A stretch of 64,000 nt of DNA from Acidobacteriota bacterium (lineage in GTDB: Bacteria > Acidobacteriota > Thermoanaerobaculia > Multivoradales > JAGPDF01), in NCBI GenBank assembly GCA_039933785.1, contig JBDTNL010000001.1:69397-133396 (forward strand). Direction: 5' to 3'. The notes beneath the pieces were generated by a model. That model worked only from the letters and a program-made list of their open reading frames with translations, did no database searches and was not told the origin of the DNA. The translations under genes and the position numbers were made by a program. Within the stretch, counting starts at the first letter, position 1; the number at the start of each line of letters is the position of its first letter. Below are positions 44,594 to 53,638 of the stretch, piece after piece.

Positions 44594-46131
44594 GCGCCCG
44601 CTACGACGTCCTCGTGATCGGCGGCGGCCAGAACGGCTTAGCCGCCGCGACCCGTCTCGCCTCGGCCGGCAAGAAAGTGGTCGTCCTCGAGCGCCGCGAG
44701 TCCCTCGGCGGTCTCTGCGGAGCGACTGAATTCCAGCCGGGTTTCACCGTCCCAGGCATTCTCCACGACACCGGCCTGCTCTCGCCCAAGGTGATCCAGA
44801 CCCTCGGCCTCGGGCAGCACGGCCTGGAGCTGAGAGACGCGCCGCCGGTGTTTCTTGCCGAAGAAAAGGGTCCGGGCATTCTCCTCGAACGCGACGCCGC
44901 CAAGGCCGATCGCGAGCTCCGGCCCCGCTCCGCCCACGACGCCGATTCCTACGCGCGTTACCGCGCGTTTCTGTCTCGAATCCAGCCGCTGATCGAAAAC
45001 GTCATGACCACGCCGCCGCCCCCGCTGTCGCCCAGCGGCGTCGGCGACTTCTGGTCGCTGGCGAAGAAGGGCCTCAAGCTCTGGAGCCTCGGCCGCCGCG
45101 ACACGCTCGAGCTCATGCGCGTCGCGCCCATGTGCGTCGCCGATTTCCTGAACGAGCAGTTCCAGACGCCGCTGCTCGTCGAGGGCCTCGCCGCTCCGGC
45201 CGTTCTCTCCACTTGGTGCGGCCCCTGGTCTGCCGGCACCAACACCAACCTGCTCCTGGCCGAAGCCAACTCCGGCAAAGAAATCGTCGGCGGTCCGTCG
45301 GCGTTCATCCGCGCCCTCGAGAAGGCCGCCCGCGCCGCGGGCGCCGAGATCCGCACTGGAGCCGAAGTGGCGCGCATCCGCATCGAAACCGGAAAGGTGA
45401 CAGGCGTAAGCCTCGCCTCCGGCGAGGAGCTGGACTGTGCAACCGTGCTCTCGACCTGCGACCCGAAGAAGACTTTCCTCGAGCTCATCGCCCCCGGCAC
45501 CCTGCCGCTCCGCATCGAAGACGAATACCGCCGCATCCGCATGCGCGGTACCGCCGCCAAGCTCCATCTGGCGTTGAACGGCCCGCTGGAATTGGCCGCG
45601 CGCCCGGGTCAACAGTTCGAACACATCCGCATCGGCGGCGGGCACATCGACGACCTCGAGCGGGCGTTCGATCCGATCAAGTACCGCGAGCTCCCCAAGC
45701 GCCCTCATCTCGAGATCCGCGTCCCCACGGTCGCCGACAAGTCGCTCGCCGCAACCGGCCACCACGTGGCGTCGATCCTGGTGAGCTTCGTGCCGCACAC
45801 CCTCGACGGCGGCTGGACCGAGGCGCGTCGCGCCGAGCTGCTCGAGTCCGCGCTCTCGACCCTCGAACGCCACGCCCCCGACGTGCGCAAGCGCATCTCG
45901 GGCCACGAGCTCCTCACCCCCACCGACCTCGAGGCGCAGTACGCGCTGACCGGCGGACAGTTGCAGCATGGGGAAATGGCGCTCGATCAGATGCTGGTCA
46001 TGCGCCCGACGCCGAGCGCGGCCGGGTATCTGTCCTCGATCCCTGGGCTGGTGCTGGCGGGGAGCGGATCGCATGGCGGCGGCGGAGTCGGCGCCGGTGC
46101 TGGAGTGCTCGGCGCATCTGCAGTGTCCTGA
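44590..46131 (+). CDS. FAD-dependent oxidoreductase, CrtI-like, tandem paralog of the preceding gene
   Basis: VSARYDVLVIGGGQNGLAAATRLASAGKKVVVLERRESLGGLCGATE… Same architecture as the preceding gene (…EGNIFHGELSLEQL… vs …TGGQLQHGEMALDQ…). GTGA start/stop overlap. Confidence 0.65.
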   Translation: MSARYDVLVIGGGQNGLAAATRLASAGKKVVVLERRESLGGLCGATEFQPGFTVPGILHDTGLLSPKVIQTLGLGQHGLELRDAPPVFLAEEKGPGILLERDAAKADRELRPRSAHDADSYARYRAFLSRIQPLIENVMTTPPPPLSPSGVGDFWSLAKKGLKLWSLGRRDTLELMRVAPMCVADFLNEQFQTPLLVEGLAAPAVLSTWCGPWSAGTNTNLLLAEANSGKEIVGGPSAFIRALEKAARAAGAEIRTGAEVARIRIETGKVTGVSLASGEELDCATVLSTCDPKKTFLELIAPGTLPLRIEDEYRRIRMRGTAAKLHLALNGPLELAARPGQQFEHIRIGGGHIDDLERAFDPIKYRELPKRPHLEIRVPTVADKSLAATGHHVASILVSFVPHTLDGGWTEARRAELLESALSTLERHAPDVRKRISGHELLTPTDLEAQYALTGGQLQHGEMALDQMLVMRPTPSAAGYLSSIPGLVLAGSGSHGGGGVGAGAGVLGASAVS

Positions 46132-46135
46132 AGCC

Positions 46136-46891
46136 GTGCACCAGAGGCGCGCACGCGGGCGTTGGCTGCCATCTGACCTCGACGTCTGCGTGGCGCTGCT
46201 GATCCTCGGCCTCCTCGCTCCGCACGCTTCCGACGCCCAAGCTTGCGAGTGCGGCAAACAGCTCTCGATCGCGGACGGCCTGTCTCAGGCGGATGCGGTC
46301 TTCGTCGGCCGGGTCGTGGACCTCTGGCCGGTCGGAGTGAAGGGCAATCACCAGATCATCCCCGGCCTGCGCGTCTCGTTCCGAGTGAAAGAACGATTCA
46401 AAGGTGACCCCGCTACCGCTGCCGTGACGGTGCTTGGACCCTGTGCGTTCAGGTTCGAGCGCGACCAGTCGTATCTGGTGTTCGCAGAGCGCGACTTCAC
46501 GGGAGATCTCTCGGCGCCGACTTGCCTGCCAACCGTCGATCTGTGTGGCTTGCCGTTGTCTGGTGAGACTCGCCGTGCCCTCGGAGCTCCGCTCGCGGCA
46601 ACGTTCGAACCACCGGACCGGCCCGGACCGCCGGAATCGCGCGGGCACCGCATGGCGCGCCGCGCTGCCTTGGTCGGGATCATGTCGAGGATCCAACTGA
46701 GTGACACTTGGGATCGATGGGCCGGGTCCGAGCACGGGCCGGAGACGCAACTCGCGGCCGGCGTGACGTTGGGCGGCGTGCTCGGGTGGCTCCTCGTCCA
46801 ACTTCGCAGACGACGTTTCACGAGGGTCGCATGGCTCGCTCTTGGGACCCCGGGTCTCCTGGCCTTGGGGTTTTTCGTCTGGATGTCCTAG
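46136..46891 (+). CDS. Secreted, C-terminally membrane-anchored protein with TIMP/NTR-like (tissue-inhibitor-of-metalloproteinase-like) N-domain
   Basis: Signal peptide (M)HQRRARGRWLPSDLDVCVALLILGLLAPHASDAQA followed by CECGKQLSIADGLSQADAVFVGRVVD…RFKGD…GPCAFRFERDQSYLVFAERDFTGDLSAPTCLPTVDLCG. Compare TIMP-2 [25 protein letters not shown]…KMFKGPE…[25 protein letters not shown]. Cys spacing (1, 3, ~67, ~94/101) parallels TIMP C1/C3/C72/C101. Two C-terminal TM helices. Start inferred as GTG 46136. Confidence 0.5.
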   Translation: MHQRRARGRWLPSDLDVCVALLILGLLAPHASDAQACECGKQLSIADGLSQADAVFVGRVVDLWPVGVKGNHQIIPGLRVSFRVKERFKGDPATAAVTVLGPCAFRFERDQSYLVFAERDFTGDLSAPTCLPTVDLCGLPLSGETRRALGAPLAATFEPPDRPGPPESRGHRMARRAALVGIMSRIQLSDTWDRWAGSEHGPETQLAAGVTLGGVLGWLLVQLRRRRFTRVAWLALGTPGLLALGFFVWMS

Positions 46892-46953
46892 TGGACGTTC
46901 TCGGTTCCCTGGCTCGCAGATCTCGCTCGCTGACTCGGTCGAGCGCCCTTGCT

Positions 46954-47697
46954 GTGACGAAAGCAACTGACCCATCGCGACCGCAAGCCGGCCGCTTCCT
47001 CACCGCGCGATGGGTGCATCTCGCGATGGCGAACTACGAGATTGACCCCGCAGTGCTCGAGCCCCTGGTGCCGCGCGGGACCGAGATCGATCTGTGGCAC
47101 GGCCGGTGTTTTGTCAGCGTCGTCGGGTTCCAGTTCTTGAACACGCGAGTACTCGGCGTCGCGGTTCCCTTCCACCGCAATTTCGAGGAAGTGAACCTTC
47201 GCTTCTACGTCCGCCGCCTCGTCGAGGGTGGTGTGCGGCGTGGCGTCGTTTTCGTGAAGGAGGTCGTCCCACGGCGTGTCCTCGCCTGGGTGGCCAACGC
47301 GCTCTACAACGAGAAATATGTCGCGCTTCCGATGTCTTGCGAGGACCACGCGATGGACGCCTCGCGGCGCCTGGTCTACGGGTGGAGACTCGACGGCCGG
47401 TGGTGCCGCCTCGGGATGACGCTCGCCGGCGAGGCTTCACTTCCGGAGGAGGCATCCGAGGAGGCGTTCATTACCGAGCACTACTGGGGATACACGGGGC
47501 AGCGCGACGGCTCGACGCTGGAGTACCGAGTCGAGCACCCACGCTGGAAGGTCTGGCGAGCGGTCGATACGGAGCTCGTGTGCGACGTCGCGGCGCTGTA
47601 TGGAGAACGCTTCGCGCCGTGTCTGAGTGCGCGGCCCTCCTCGAGCTTCGTCGCCGACGGCTCCGCAATCGTCGTACGGCGCGGGATGGGTCTGTAG
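46954..47697 (+). CDS. DUF2071 / COG3361-like conserved hypothetical protein
   Basis: …RFLTARWVHLAMANYEIDPAVLEPLVPRGTEIDLWHGRCFVSVVGFQFLNTRVLGVAVPFHRNFEEVNLRFYVRR… Start uncertain (GTG 46954 or ATG 47026). Confidence 0.45.
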   Translation: MTKATDPSRPQAGRFLTARWVHLAMANYEIDPAVLEPLVPRGTEIDLWHGRCFVSVVGFQFLNTRVLGVAVPFHRNFEEVNLRFYVRRLVEGGVRRGVVFVKEVVPRRVLAWVANALYNEKYVALPMSCEDHAMDASRRLVYGWRLDGRWCRLGMTLAGEASLPEEASEEAFITEHYWGYTGQRDGSTLEYRVEHPRWKVWRAVDTELVCDVAALYGERFAPCLSARPSSSFVADGSAIVVRRGMGL

Positions 47698-47735
47698 GGA
47701 GAGCCAATCGCGGGAAAATCGTCCATGATCCAGCC

Positions 47736-48871
47736 ATGACCGACGTCGCCGACCTCGCTGGAGACCGTGGAGAGCCCACGACCTGCTGCATCGTCGGCGG
47801 AGGACCGGCTGGGATCATGCTCGGCTTTCTCCTCGCTCGCGCCGGCGTCGAGGTCGAAGTGCTCGAAAAGCACGCGGATTTCCTGCGCGACTTTCGCGGT
47901 GACACCGTGCACCCCTCGACACTCGAGCTGCTGTTTGAGCTCGGCCTGCTCGACCAATTCCTCGCGCTGCCGCACCAGGAGCTCTCGCGATTGCAGGTCG
48001 CGATCGGCGACCGGACGTACGACGGCCCCGACTTCGCTCATCTCAAGACGCGCTGCAAGTTCATCGCCCTCATGCCGCAGTGGGACTTCCTCGATTTTCT
48101 CGCCAGGCAAGGCAGGCGCTATCCAAACTTCCACCTACGCATGAGCACGGAGGTTACTGACCTCCTCGAGGAGGGTGGCCGCGTGGTCGGAGTGCGCGCG
48201 CGGACGGAGCAGGGCGAGCTCTCGCTTCGCGCCGACCTCGTCGTGGCAACAGATGGCCGGCACTCGACCGTCCGCGAGCGGGCGGGGCTCGAGCGGCGCG
48301 ACTTCGGCGTCCCGATCGACGCTCTCTGGTACCGGCTAACCAAGCGCACCGACGAGCCTTCGGCGGTGCTCGGCCGCATGCGCAACGGCAGGCTCATGGT
48401 CACCATCGACCGCGGGGACTATTTCCAGTGCGGGTCGATCATCCCCAAGGGGGCCTTCGACCGCATCCGGAGCGAGGGCCTCGATGCCTTCCGCGCCGGC
48501 ATCGTGGGCACCGCCCCGGCCTGCTCTGCATCGGCGACGCGGCCCACGCCATGTCGCCCGCCGGAGGGGTCGGCATCAACCTCGCCGTGCAGGACGCCGT
48601 GGCCACCGCCAACCTGCTCGCCGACAAGCCCCGTCGGCGAACGGTCACCGAGGAAGACCTCGCCGCCGTCCAGCACCGGCGCGAAATGCCAGCGCGGCGA
48701 ATCCAGGCGGGGCAGGTCTTCATCCATCGGCGCATGTTCGGCCCGCGCGGCGAGCCCTTCCCGCTCTCGTGGCTGACGCGCAAGCTGATCGGCCTGCTCT
48801 CGCCTCTGCTGCGCCGCGCCGCCGCGCGTTTCGTCGGCGTCGGCTTCCGGCCTGAGCACATCGGGAGCTGA
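47736..48871 (+). pseudogene. FAD-dependent monooxygenase (UbiH/COG0654-like) interrupted by a -1 frameshift in a C-homopolymer near 48514-48517 (pseudogene or sequencing error)
   Basis: Frame A: MTDVADLAGDRGEPTTCCIVGGGPAGIMLGFLLARAGVEVEVLEKH…DLVVATDGRHSTVRE…DAFRAGIVGTAP then nonsense. Frame B (48428-48871) continues with the expected …GLLCIGDAAHAMSPAGGVGINLAVQDAVATANLL… One extra C in gccCCCCggc would restore …GTAPGLLCIGDAAH. Confidence 0.6.
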
Positions 48872-49034
48872 GAGTTCGACGAGTCGTGACCGCGGCCGCC
48901 GCGATCCGCGAGAGAGAACCCAATGCAGCGAGGTGTCAGGCGTTTCGGGCAGCGGTAGCCGCCGCGTCGCGTGAGCCCCTTTGCCTCCCTTTTGCGCGTA
49001 TCAGCACAAGGACAACCAAAAGGAGCTCACTCCC

Positions 49035-50156
49035 ATGCGCCGACTATTCACGACCGCTGCTCTCGCCCTAGTGTGGATCCTTCTGCCCGCCGCGGCAGCC
49101 CAGGCCCTCGCCGTCCCCCAGCAGACCTCCCCCGCCGACGGCGCGACCATCACCAACTGGCGCAACATCAACTTCACCTGGAACCTGGTCACCGGCGCTC
49201 CCAAGTACGGCATCGAGATCCAGGCCTTCAACTTGAGCAACAGTACCTGGGCGGACGTAAAGCTGTTCCACGGGATCGACGCGCAGGCCAGCCGGTACAC
49301 CTACGGCAACTTCACCACCAGTGACTATGGCCGCTGGCGGGTGCGTTCCGAGGGCGCCTCGAACAACACCTCGTGGAGCGGCTGGCGTCTGTTCCAGTTC
49401 GATCCCGGGATCAGCACGGTGAAGCAGCCGGCCAAGGTCACCGAGGTCAGCAAAGCCGTCGCACTGGGCGCCTTGGCTCAGGTGCAAGCGCGGGTGGTTT
49501 GCCCCGCCGGTACGATTGTCGTCGGGGGTGGCTGGAGGAGCGGCTCTAACGACTCGGTCTTCACCTCGTCGAGCGTGCAAATCCTCGACGCCTGGATGGT
49601 GACGTTCCAGAACCTGACCAACGGCACACGCAACGTCACTGCCTACGCGGAGTGTCTGCAGGGAGCGAGCGGCTACTCCTTCGACATCCTGACTCACTCC
49701 AACCCTCCGCCGGGTCAGGTCGGCGCGCCCCAGGCGACCTGCAACAAGGGCGTGCTGAGCGGCGGTGGCTTCATCACGACCAGCACGGACAATCTCCCGT
49801 TTAGCGTGTCGCCCTTCTCCCCGACGGGGTGGTACGTCGACACGCTCAACACCAGCGGCTCGGCCACGGGGTCGGTCTTCGCCGAGGCGGTTTGCCTGGT
49901 CGGCAGTGGCGCCACGGTCACTCTTGCTCTCGGGACGATGCACACTCTCTCGGGGTTCTCCAGTATCAACGTTGCCACCGCCTGCGCCAGCACCAAGGTC
50001 GCGCTCGGCGGCGGCTGGAGCGCCATTCACGACGGTGCTGCGGCGACGAGCTTCAGGCGATCGGGGAACGGCTGGCGGGCGGGAGTCGAGGACCTCGGCT
50101 TCAATCCCATCGGAAACAACGCCTCGGTGTATGCCCTCTGCGCCAAGTTCAACTGA
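49035..50156 (+). CDS. Secreted Cys-bracketed triple-repeat protein with N-terminal FN3-like domain; rich in N-x-S/T sequons
   Basis: AGGAG-N9-ATG. Signal peptide MRRLFTTAALALVWILLPAAAAQA. N-domain …WRNINFTWNLVTGAPKYGIEIQAF…YGRWRVRSEG…WSGWRLFQF. Three ~55-aa repeats: VVCPAGTIVVGGGWRSG…AYAECLQG, ATCNKGVLSGGGFITTS…AEAVCLVG, TACASTKVALGGGWSAIHDG…VYALCAKF. About 12 N-x-S/T sites. Confidence 0.55.
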   Translation: MRRLFTTAALALVWILLPAAAAQALAVPQQTSPADGATITNWRNINFTWNLVTGAPKYGIEIQAFNLSNSTWADVKLFHGIDAQASRYTYGNFTTSDYGRWRVRSEGASNNTSWSGWRLFQFDPGISTVKQPAKVTEVSKAVALGALAQVQARVVCPAGTIVVGGGWRSGSNDSVFTSSSVQILDAWMVTFQNLTNGTRNVTAYAECLQGASGYSFDILTHSNPPPGQVGAPQATCNKGVLSGGGFITTSTDNLPFSVSPFSPTGWYVDTLNTSGSATGSVFAEAVCLVGSGATVTLALGTMHTLSGFSSINVATACASTKVALGGGWSAIHDGAAATSFRRSGNGWRAGVEDLGFNPIGNNASVYALCAKFN

Positions 50157-50275
50157 GGGCGCGCGAGAGATGGCGGGGTAGGATCTTGGGTCAGGGAATC
50201 GGTTGACGACCGGCTGACGTTCCGATGGAACGAACTGCTACGGCAACGTGACCCTCGACCCAGGAGGTAGTCGCC

Positions 50276-52129
50276 ATGGATGCTCGCCGTCTTTGGATCC
50301 CTCAATCCTTGCTGCTCCTCGTGATCGCGAGTTCACTCGCCGCGGCGCCTACGCCGAGCGCACCGGCAGCGAAGCTCTCGCCGCCCGCCGCGCAGGAGCC
50401 GTTCGATGCCTTCGTCGACAACCTCGTCGCCGACTGGCTCCGCGCTGACCCGATGTCGGCGACGTCGTCGCAGTACTTTTCCGGCGCCGAGCAGGATGCA
50501 CTCGATCGCAAGCTGAACGCCAAGGACCCCGGCGGTACTCCTCTCGATGCGAAGGAGCGGCAGGCGCGGACCGAGCGTGCGCTCGCAGCACTCGTGCGGC
50601 TGAAGGCGTACTCGACGAGCGAGCTCTCGCCGGTGCAGCGGGTGTCTCGGGCGATGCTGGTGTGGAAGCTCGACGACATCCTGCGCCAGACGGAGTTCGC
50701 GGATCATCGGTTCGTGTTCGACCAGTTCCGCGGGCTGCAAGTCGGTCTGGTGAATTTTCTCAGCCAGACGCATCCGGTGCGCAATGCACGCGACATCGAA
50801 AATTATCTCGTACGGTTGGCGCAGGTTGCACCGGCGCTCGACCTGGGGATCGCCGCGGCGAAGGTGCGCGCGGCCGCGGGCGTCGTGCCGCCGAAGTTCA
50901 TTCTCAAGTCGACCCTGGACGGCATCGACCGCTTCCTCGGCGCCGAGCCGGCGAAGAACGTGCTCGTGGCCGCGCTCGACGAGCGGGCGGCGAAGGTCGA
51001 CAAGCTCTCGGCCGAATCTCGTGCCGCGTCCGTCGCCGCCGCGACGAAGATCGTCGGCGCCGAGATCATCCCCGCCTTCGGGCGCGTTCGCACGCTGCTC
51101 ACCGACCAGATGAAGACGGCGACCGATGACGCTGGGCTTTGGAGTCAGCCGCACGGCGCGGAGGCCTATGCGGCGGCGTTGGCCTCGAACACGACAACCG
51201 ACCTCACGCCGGATCAGATCCATGAGCTCGGCCTCAAGGAGGTGGCGCGCATCGAGGGCGAGATGAACGTATTGCTCCGTCAGATCGGATACACCGAGGG
51301 CACGGTCAAGGCGCGCTACGAGAAGCTCGACGCCGATTCGCAGCCGCCGGCGGAACCGGATCCGCGGTCGGCGTTGTTGGCGCGGTACGAGGACATTCTG
51401 CGCGATGCCGAGAAGCGCGCGGCGCTCGCCTTCGATGTGCGGCCAAAGGCTCCGGTGGTGGTGAAGCGGGAGCCGCCGTTCACCGAGAAGGGCGCGGCGG
51501 CGCACTACACTGCGCCGGCGCCGGACGGCACGCGGCCCGGGATCTTCTGGGCGCCGTTGCCGGGCCCGGAATACAAGGTCAACTCGATGCGTACGCTGGT
51601 GTACCACGAGGGCGTGCCGGGGCATCACTTCCAGATCACGCTGCAGCAGGAGCTGCCGGAGATTCCGCGCTTCCGGCAGCGCGGCGCGCTCGGTGGCATC
51701 TCGGCGTTCTCGGAGGGCTGGGCGCTCTACACCGAGCAGCTCGCGGCCGAGCTCGGGTGGTATGACGGCGACGGTGTCCCTGATGTCAGGGGCCACCTCG
51801 GACAGCTCAGCGCGGAGCTCTTCCGGGCCCGCCGCCTGGTGGTCGACACCGGCCTCCATGCCAAGCACTGGACGCGCCAGCAGGCGATCGACTATGGCAT
51901 TCCGCCGGAAGAGGTCGAGCGCTACGTCGTCATGCCTGGGCAGGCGTGCTCGTACAAGATCGGCATGCTGAAGATTCTCGAGCTTCGCGCCAAGGCCGAG
52001 CGCGAGCTCGGAGCCAGGTTCTCGTTGAAGGAGTTCCACAACGTGGTTCTTCGTACCGGATCGGTGCCACTCGACGTGCTCGCGGGGGTGGTAGACGAGT
52101 GGATCGCGAAGAGCAAGACAGCGGCATGA
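50276..52129 (+). CDS. DUF885-family lipoprotein/secreted protein (putative metallopeptidase-like, HE-x-x-GHH motif)
   Basis: AGGAGG RBS. Signal MDARRLWIPQSLLLLVIASSLAAA. …LVYHEGVPGHHFQITLQQE…FSEGWALYTEQLAAELGWY… is characteristic of DUF885. Confidence 0.6.
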   Translation: MDARRLWIPQSLLLLVIASSLAAAPTPSAPAAKLSPPAAQEPFDAFVDNLVADWLRADPMSATSSQYFSGAEQDALDRKLNAKDPGGTPLDAKERQARTERALAALVRLKAYSTSELSPVQRVSRAMLVWKLDDILRQTEFADHRFVFDQFRGLQVGLVNFLSQTHPVRNARDIENYLVRLAQVAPALDLGIAAAKVRAAAGVVPPKFILKSTLDGIDRFLGAEPAKNVLVAALDERAAKVDKLSAESRAASVAAATKIVGAEIIPAFGRVRTLLTDQMKTATDDAGLWSQPHGAEAYAAALASNTTTDLTPDQIHELGLKEVARIEGEMNVLLRQIGYTEGTVKARYEKLDADSQPPAEPDPRSALLARYEDILRDAEKRAALAFDVRPKAPVVVKREPPFTEKGAAAHYTAPAPDGTRPGIFWAPLPGPEYKVNSMRTLVYHEGVPGHHFQITLQQELPEIPRFRQRGALGGISAFSEGWALYTEQLAAELGWYDGDGVPDVRGHLGQLSAELFRARRLVVDTGLHAKHWTRQQAIDYGIPPEEVERYVVMPGQACSYKIGMLKILELRAKAERELGARFSLKEFHNVVLRTGSVPLDVLAGVVDEWIAKSKTAA

Positions 52130-52158
52130 GCGGCATGTGGACCTGAGAGGCAAAGTCC

Positions 52159-53079
52159 ATGAATCTCCGTCGGGTCACCAGGATCGCGATTGGACTGCTG
52201 CTCGTCTCACTCGCGGTCCAGGCCGAAGAGGTCACCGTGGTGCCCGGCGTCCTGGGCCCGGAAGGCCCGCTCTTTCTCGACGGGAGTCTCTATTTCGTCG
52301 CCTGGACATCCAGCACCCTCTCGAAGTGGGACGGCAAGTCCGTGACGGTGCTCAACAATCTCGCCGGCTGCAGCCACAACGGACTAGCGCTCACGCAGGC
52401 GAAGACCTTCCTCGTCGCGTGCACCGACGAGCATGGCGCGATTCTCGAGCTCGATCTGTTGGGCAAGCAACTCCGCCGCTGGGACGCCGACGATCGGGGG
52501 CGCAAATTCGACGGCGGGATCAATGACGTGGTCGTCACCGTCAACGGCGGCGCCTACGCGACGGTGTTTGGGCCGTACCAGGAAGTGCCGACGGCCGTCG
52601 CCGGTAAGATCCTGTACCTCGCACCGGGCGGCGCGCAGTGGGTCGAGGTCGCCGCCGACCTCAACTACGCCAACGGCATCGGCATCTCGCCGGATCAAAA
52701 GACGCTCTACGTCAGCGAGACGGTCGGCAATTGCATCTTGAAGTTCACGGTCAACGCCGACGGCACGCTCCAGGGTCGTGCGAACTTCGCGCTGCTGAAT
52801 CTGCTCACGCCGAACAAGAGGACCGCCTGGTGGCTCGGCCCCGACAGCATGAAGATCGACCGGCAGGGCAACCTCTATGTCGCCCAGTGGTTCGGCGGGA
52901 AGGTGCTCAAGATTTCGCCCGCCGGCAAGCTGTTGCACGTGTTCTCGATCGCCGCGGGCGACGGCACGACCAACGTGGCGTTCGGGCCCAATGGGAAGGA
53001 TCTGTACGTGACCGTGGTCAAGGATCCGGCTGATCCGCAGGCCGAGGGAAGCATCGTGCGGATACCTAACGTCGAATAG
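52159..53079 (+). CDS. SMP-30/gluconolactonase/LRE-like (SGL) beta-propeller protein, secreted
   Basis: Signal MNLRRVTRIAIGLLLVSLAVQA. …GPEGPLFLDGSLYFVAW…GINDVVVTVNGGAYAT…ANGIGISPDQKTLYVSETVGNCILKF…PDSMKIDRQGNLYVAQWFGGKVLKISPAGKLL…. Confidence 0.65.
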   Translation: MNLRRVTRIAIGLLLVSLAVQAEEVTVVPGVLGPEGPLFLDGSLYFVAWTSSTLSKWDGKSVTVLNNLAGCSHNGLALTQAKTFLVACTDEHGAILELDLLGKQLRRWDADDRGRKFDGGINDVVVTVNGGAYATVFGPYQEVPTAVAGKILYLAPGGAQWVEVAADLNYANGIGISPDQKTLYVSETVGNCILKFTVNADGTLQGRANFALLNLLTPNKRTAWWLGPDSMKIDRQGNLYVAQWFGGKVLKISPAGKLLHVFSIAAGDGTTNVAFGPNGKDLYVTVVKDPADPQAEGSIVRIPNVE

Positions 53080-53130
53080 GGCCCTGGGGCGGGAGAATCG
53101 TTCGCCCCAGCTGTGCTACCGTCCCGCGCC

Positions 53131-53628
53131 ATGCCTACTCAAAAAGTCTTTTTCGACATGGAAGCCGACGGCGCCCCCCTGGGCCGTATCGTCATGGAGC
53201 TGCGCTCCGACATCGTGCCCAAGACGGCCGAGAATTTCCGCGCCCTGTGTACGGGCGAGAAGGGTTTCGGCTTCAAGGGAAGCGGGTTTCACCGGGTCAT
53301 TCCACAGTTCATGTGCCAGGGCGGGGATTTCACGCGCGGCAACGGGACTGGGGGCAAGTCGATCTACGGGGAGAAGTTCGCCGACGAGAACTTCCAGCTC
53401 AAGCACGACGTGCCGGGTGTGCTGTCGATGGCCAACTCCGGGCCGAATACCAACGGGTCGCAGTTCTTCCTGACCACGGCGAAGACGGCCTGGCTCGATG
53501 GCAAGCATGTGGTGTTTGGCAAGGTGACCGAAGGCATGGATGTGGTGACGGCGATCGAGGCGCTGGGTAGCCCGAGCGGGCAGACTAAGCAGAAGATCGT
53601 CGTCGCCGACTGCGGCGAAGTGTCCTGA
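53131..53628 (+). CDS. Cyclophilin-type peptidyl-prolyl cis-trans isomerase (CypA-like, cytosolic)
   Basis: [88 protein letters not shown]…[17 protein letters not shown]…[12 protein letters not shown] is a near-canonical cyclophilin A pattern. Confidence 0.85.
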   Translation: MPTQKVFFDMEADGAPLGRIVMELRSDIVPKTAENFRALCTGEKGFGFKGSGFHRVIPQFMCQGGDFTRGNGTGGKSIYGEKFADENFQLKHDVPGVLSMANSGPNTNGSQFFLTTAKTAWLDGKHVVFGKVTEGMDVVTAIEALGSPSGQTKQKIVVADCGEVS

Positions 53629-53638
53629 ACAAGCGCTC

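Noticed and set aside
45968-46135. ATG-initiated N-terminal extension of the TIMP-like ORF (MGKWRSIRCWSC…)
   Set aside because: Overlaps the C-terminus of the upstream CrtI-like gene and would place ~55 residues before the signal peptide. GTG 46136 gives a canonical n-h-c signal.
50333-52153. 606-aa minus ORF antisense to DUF885 gene
   Set aside because: Low-complexity Arg/Leu/Glu product. The plus strand carries a signal peptide and the HEGVPGHH motif.
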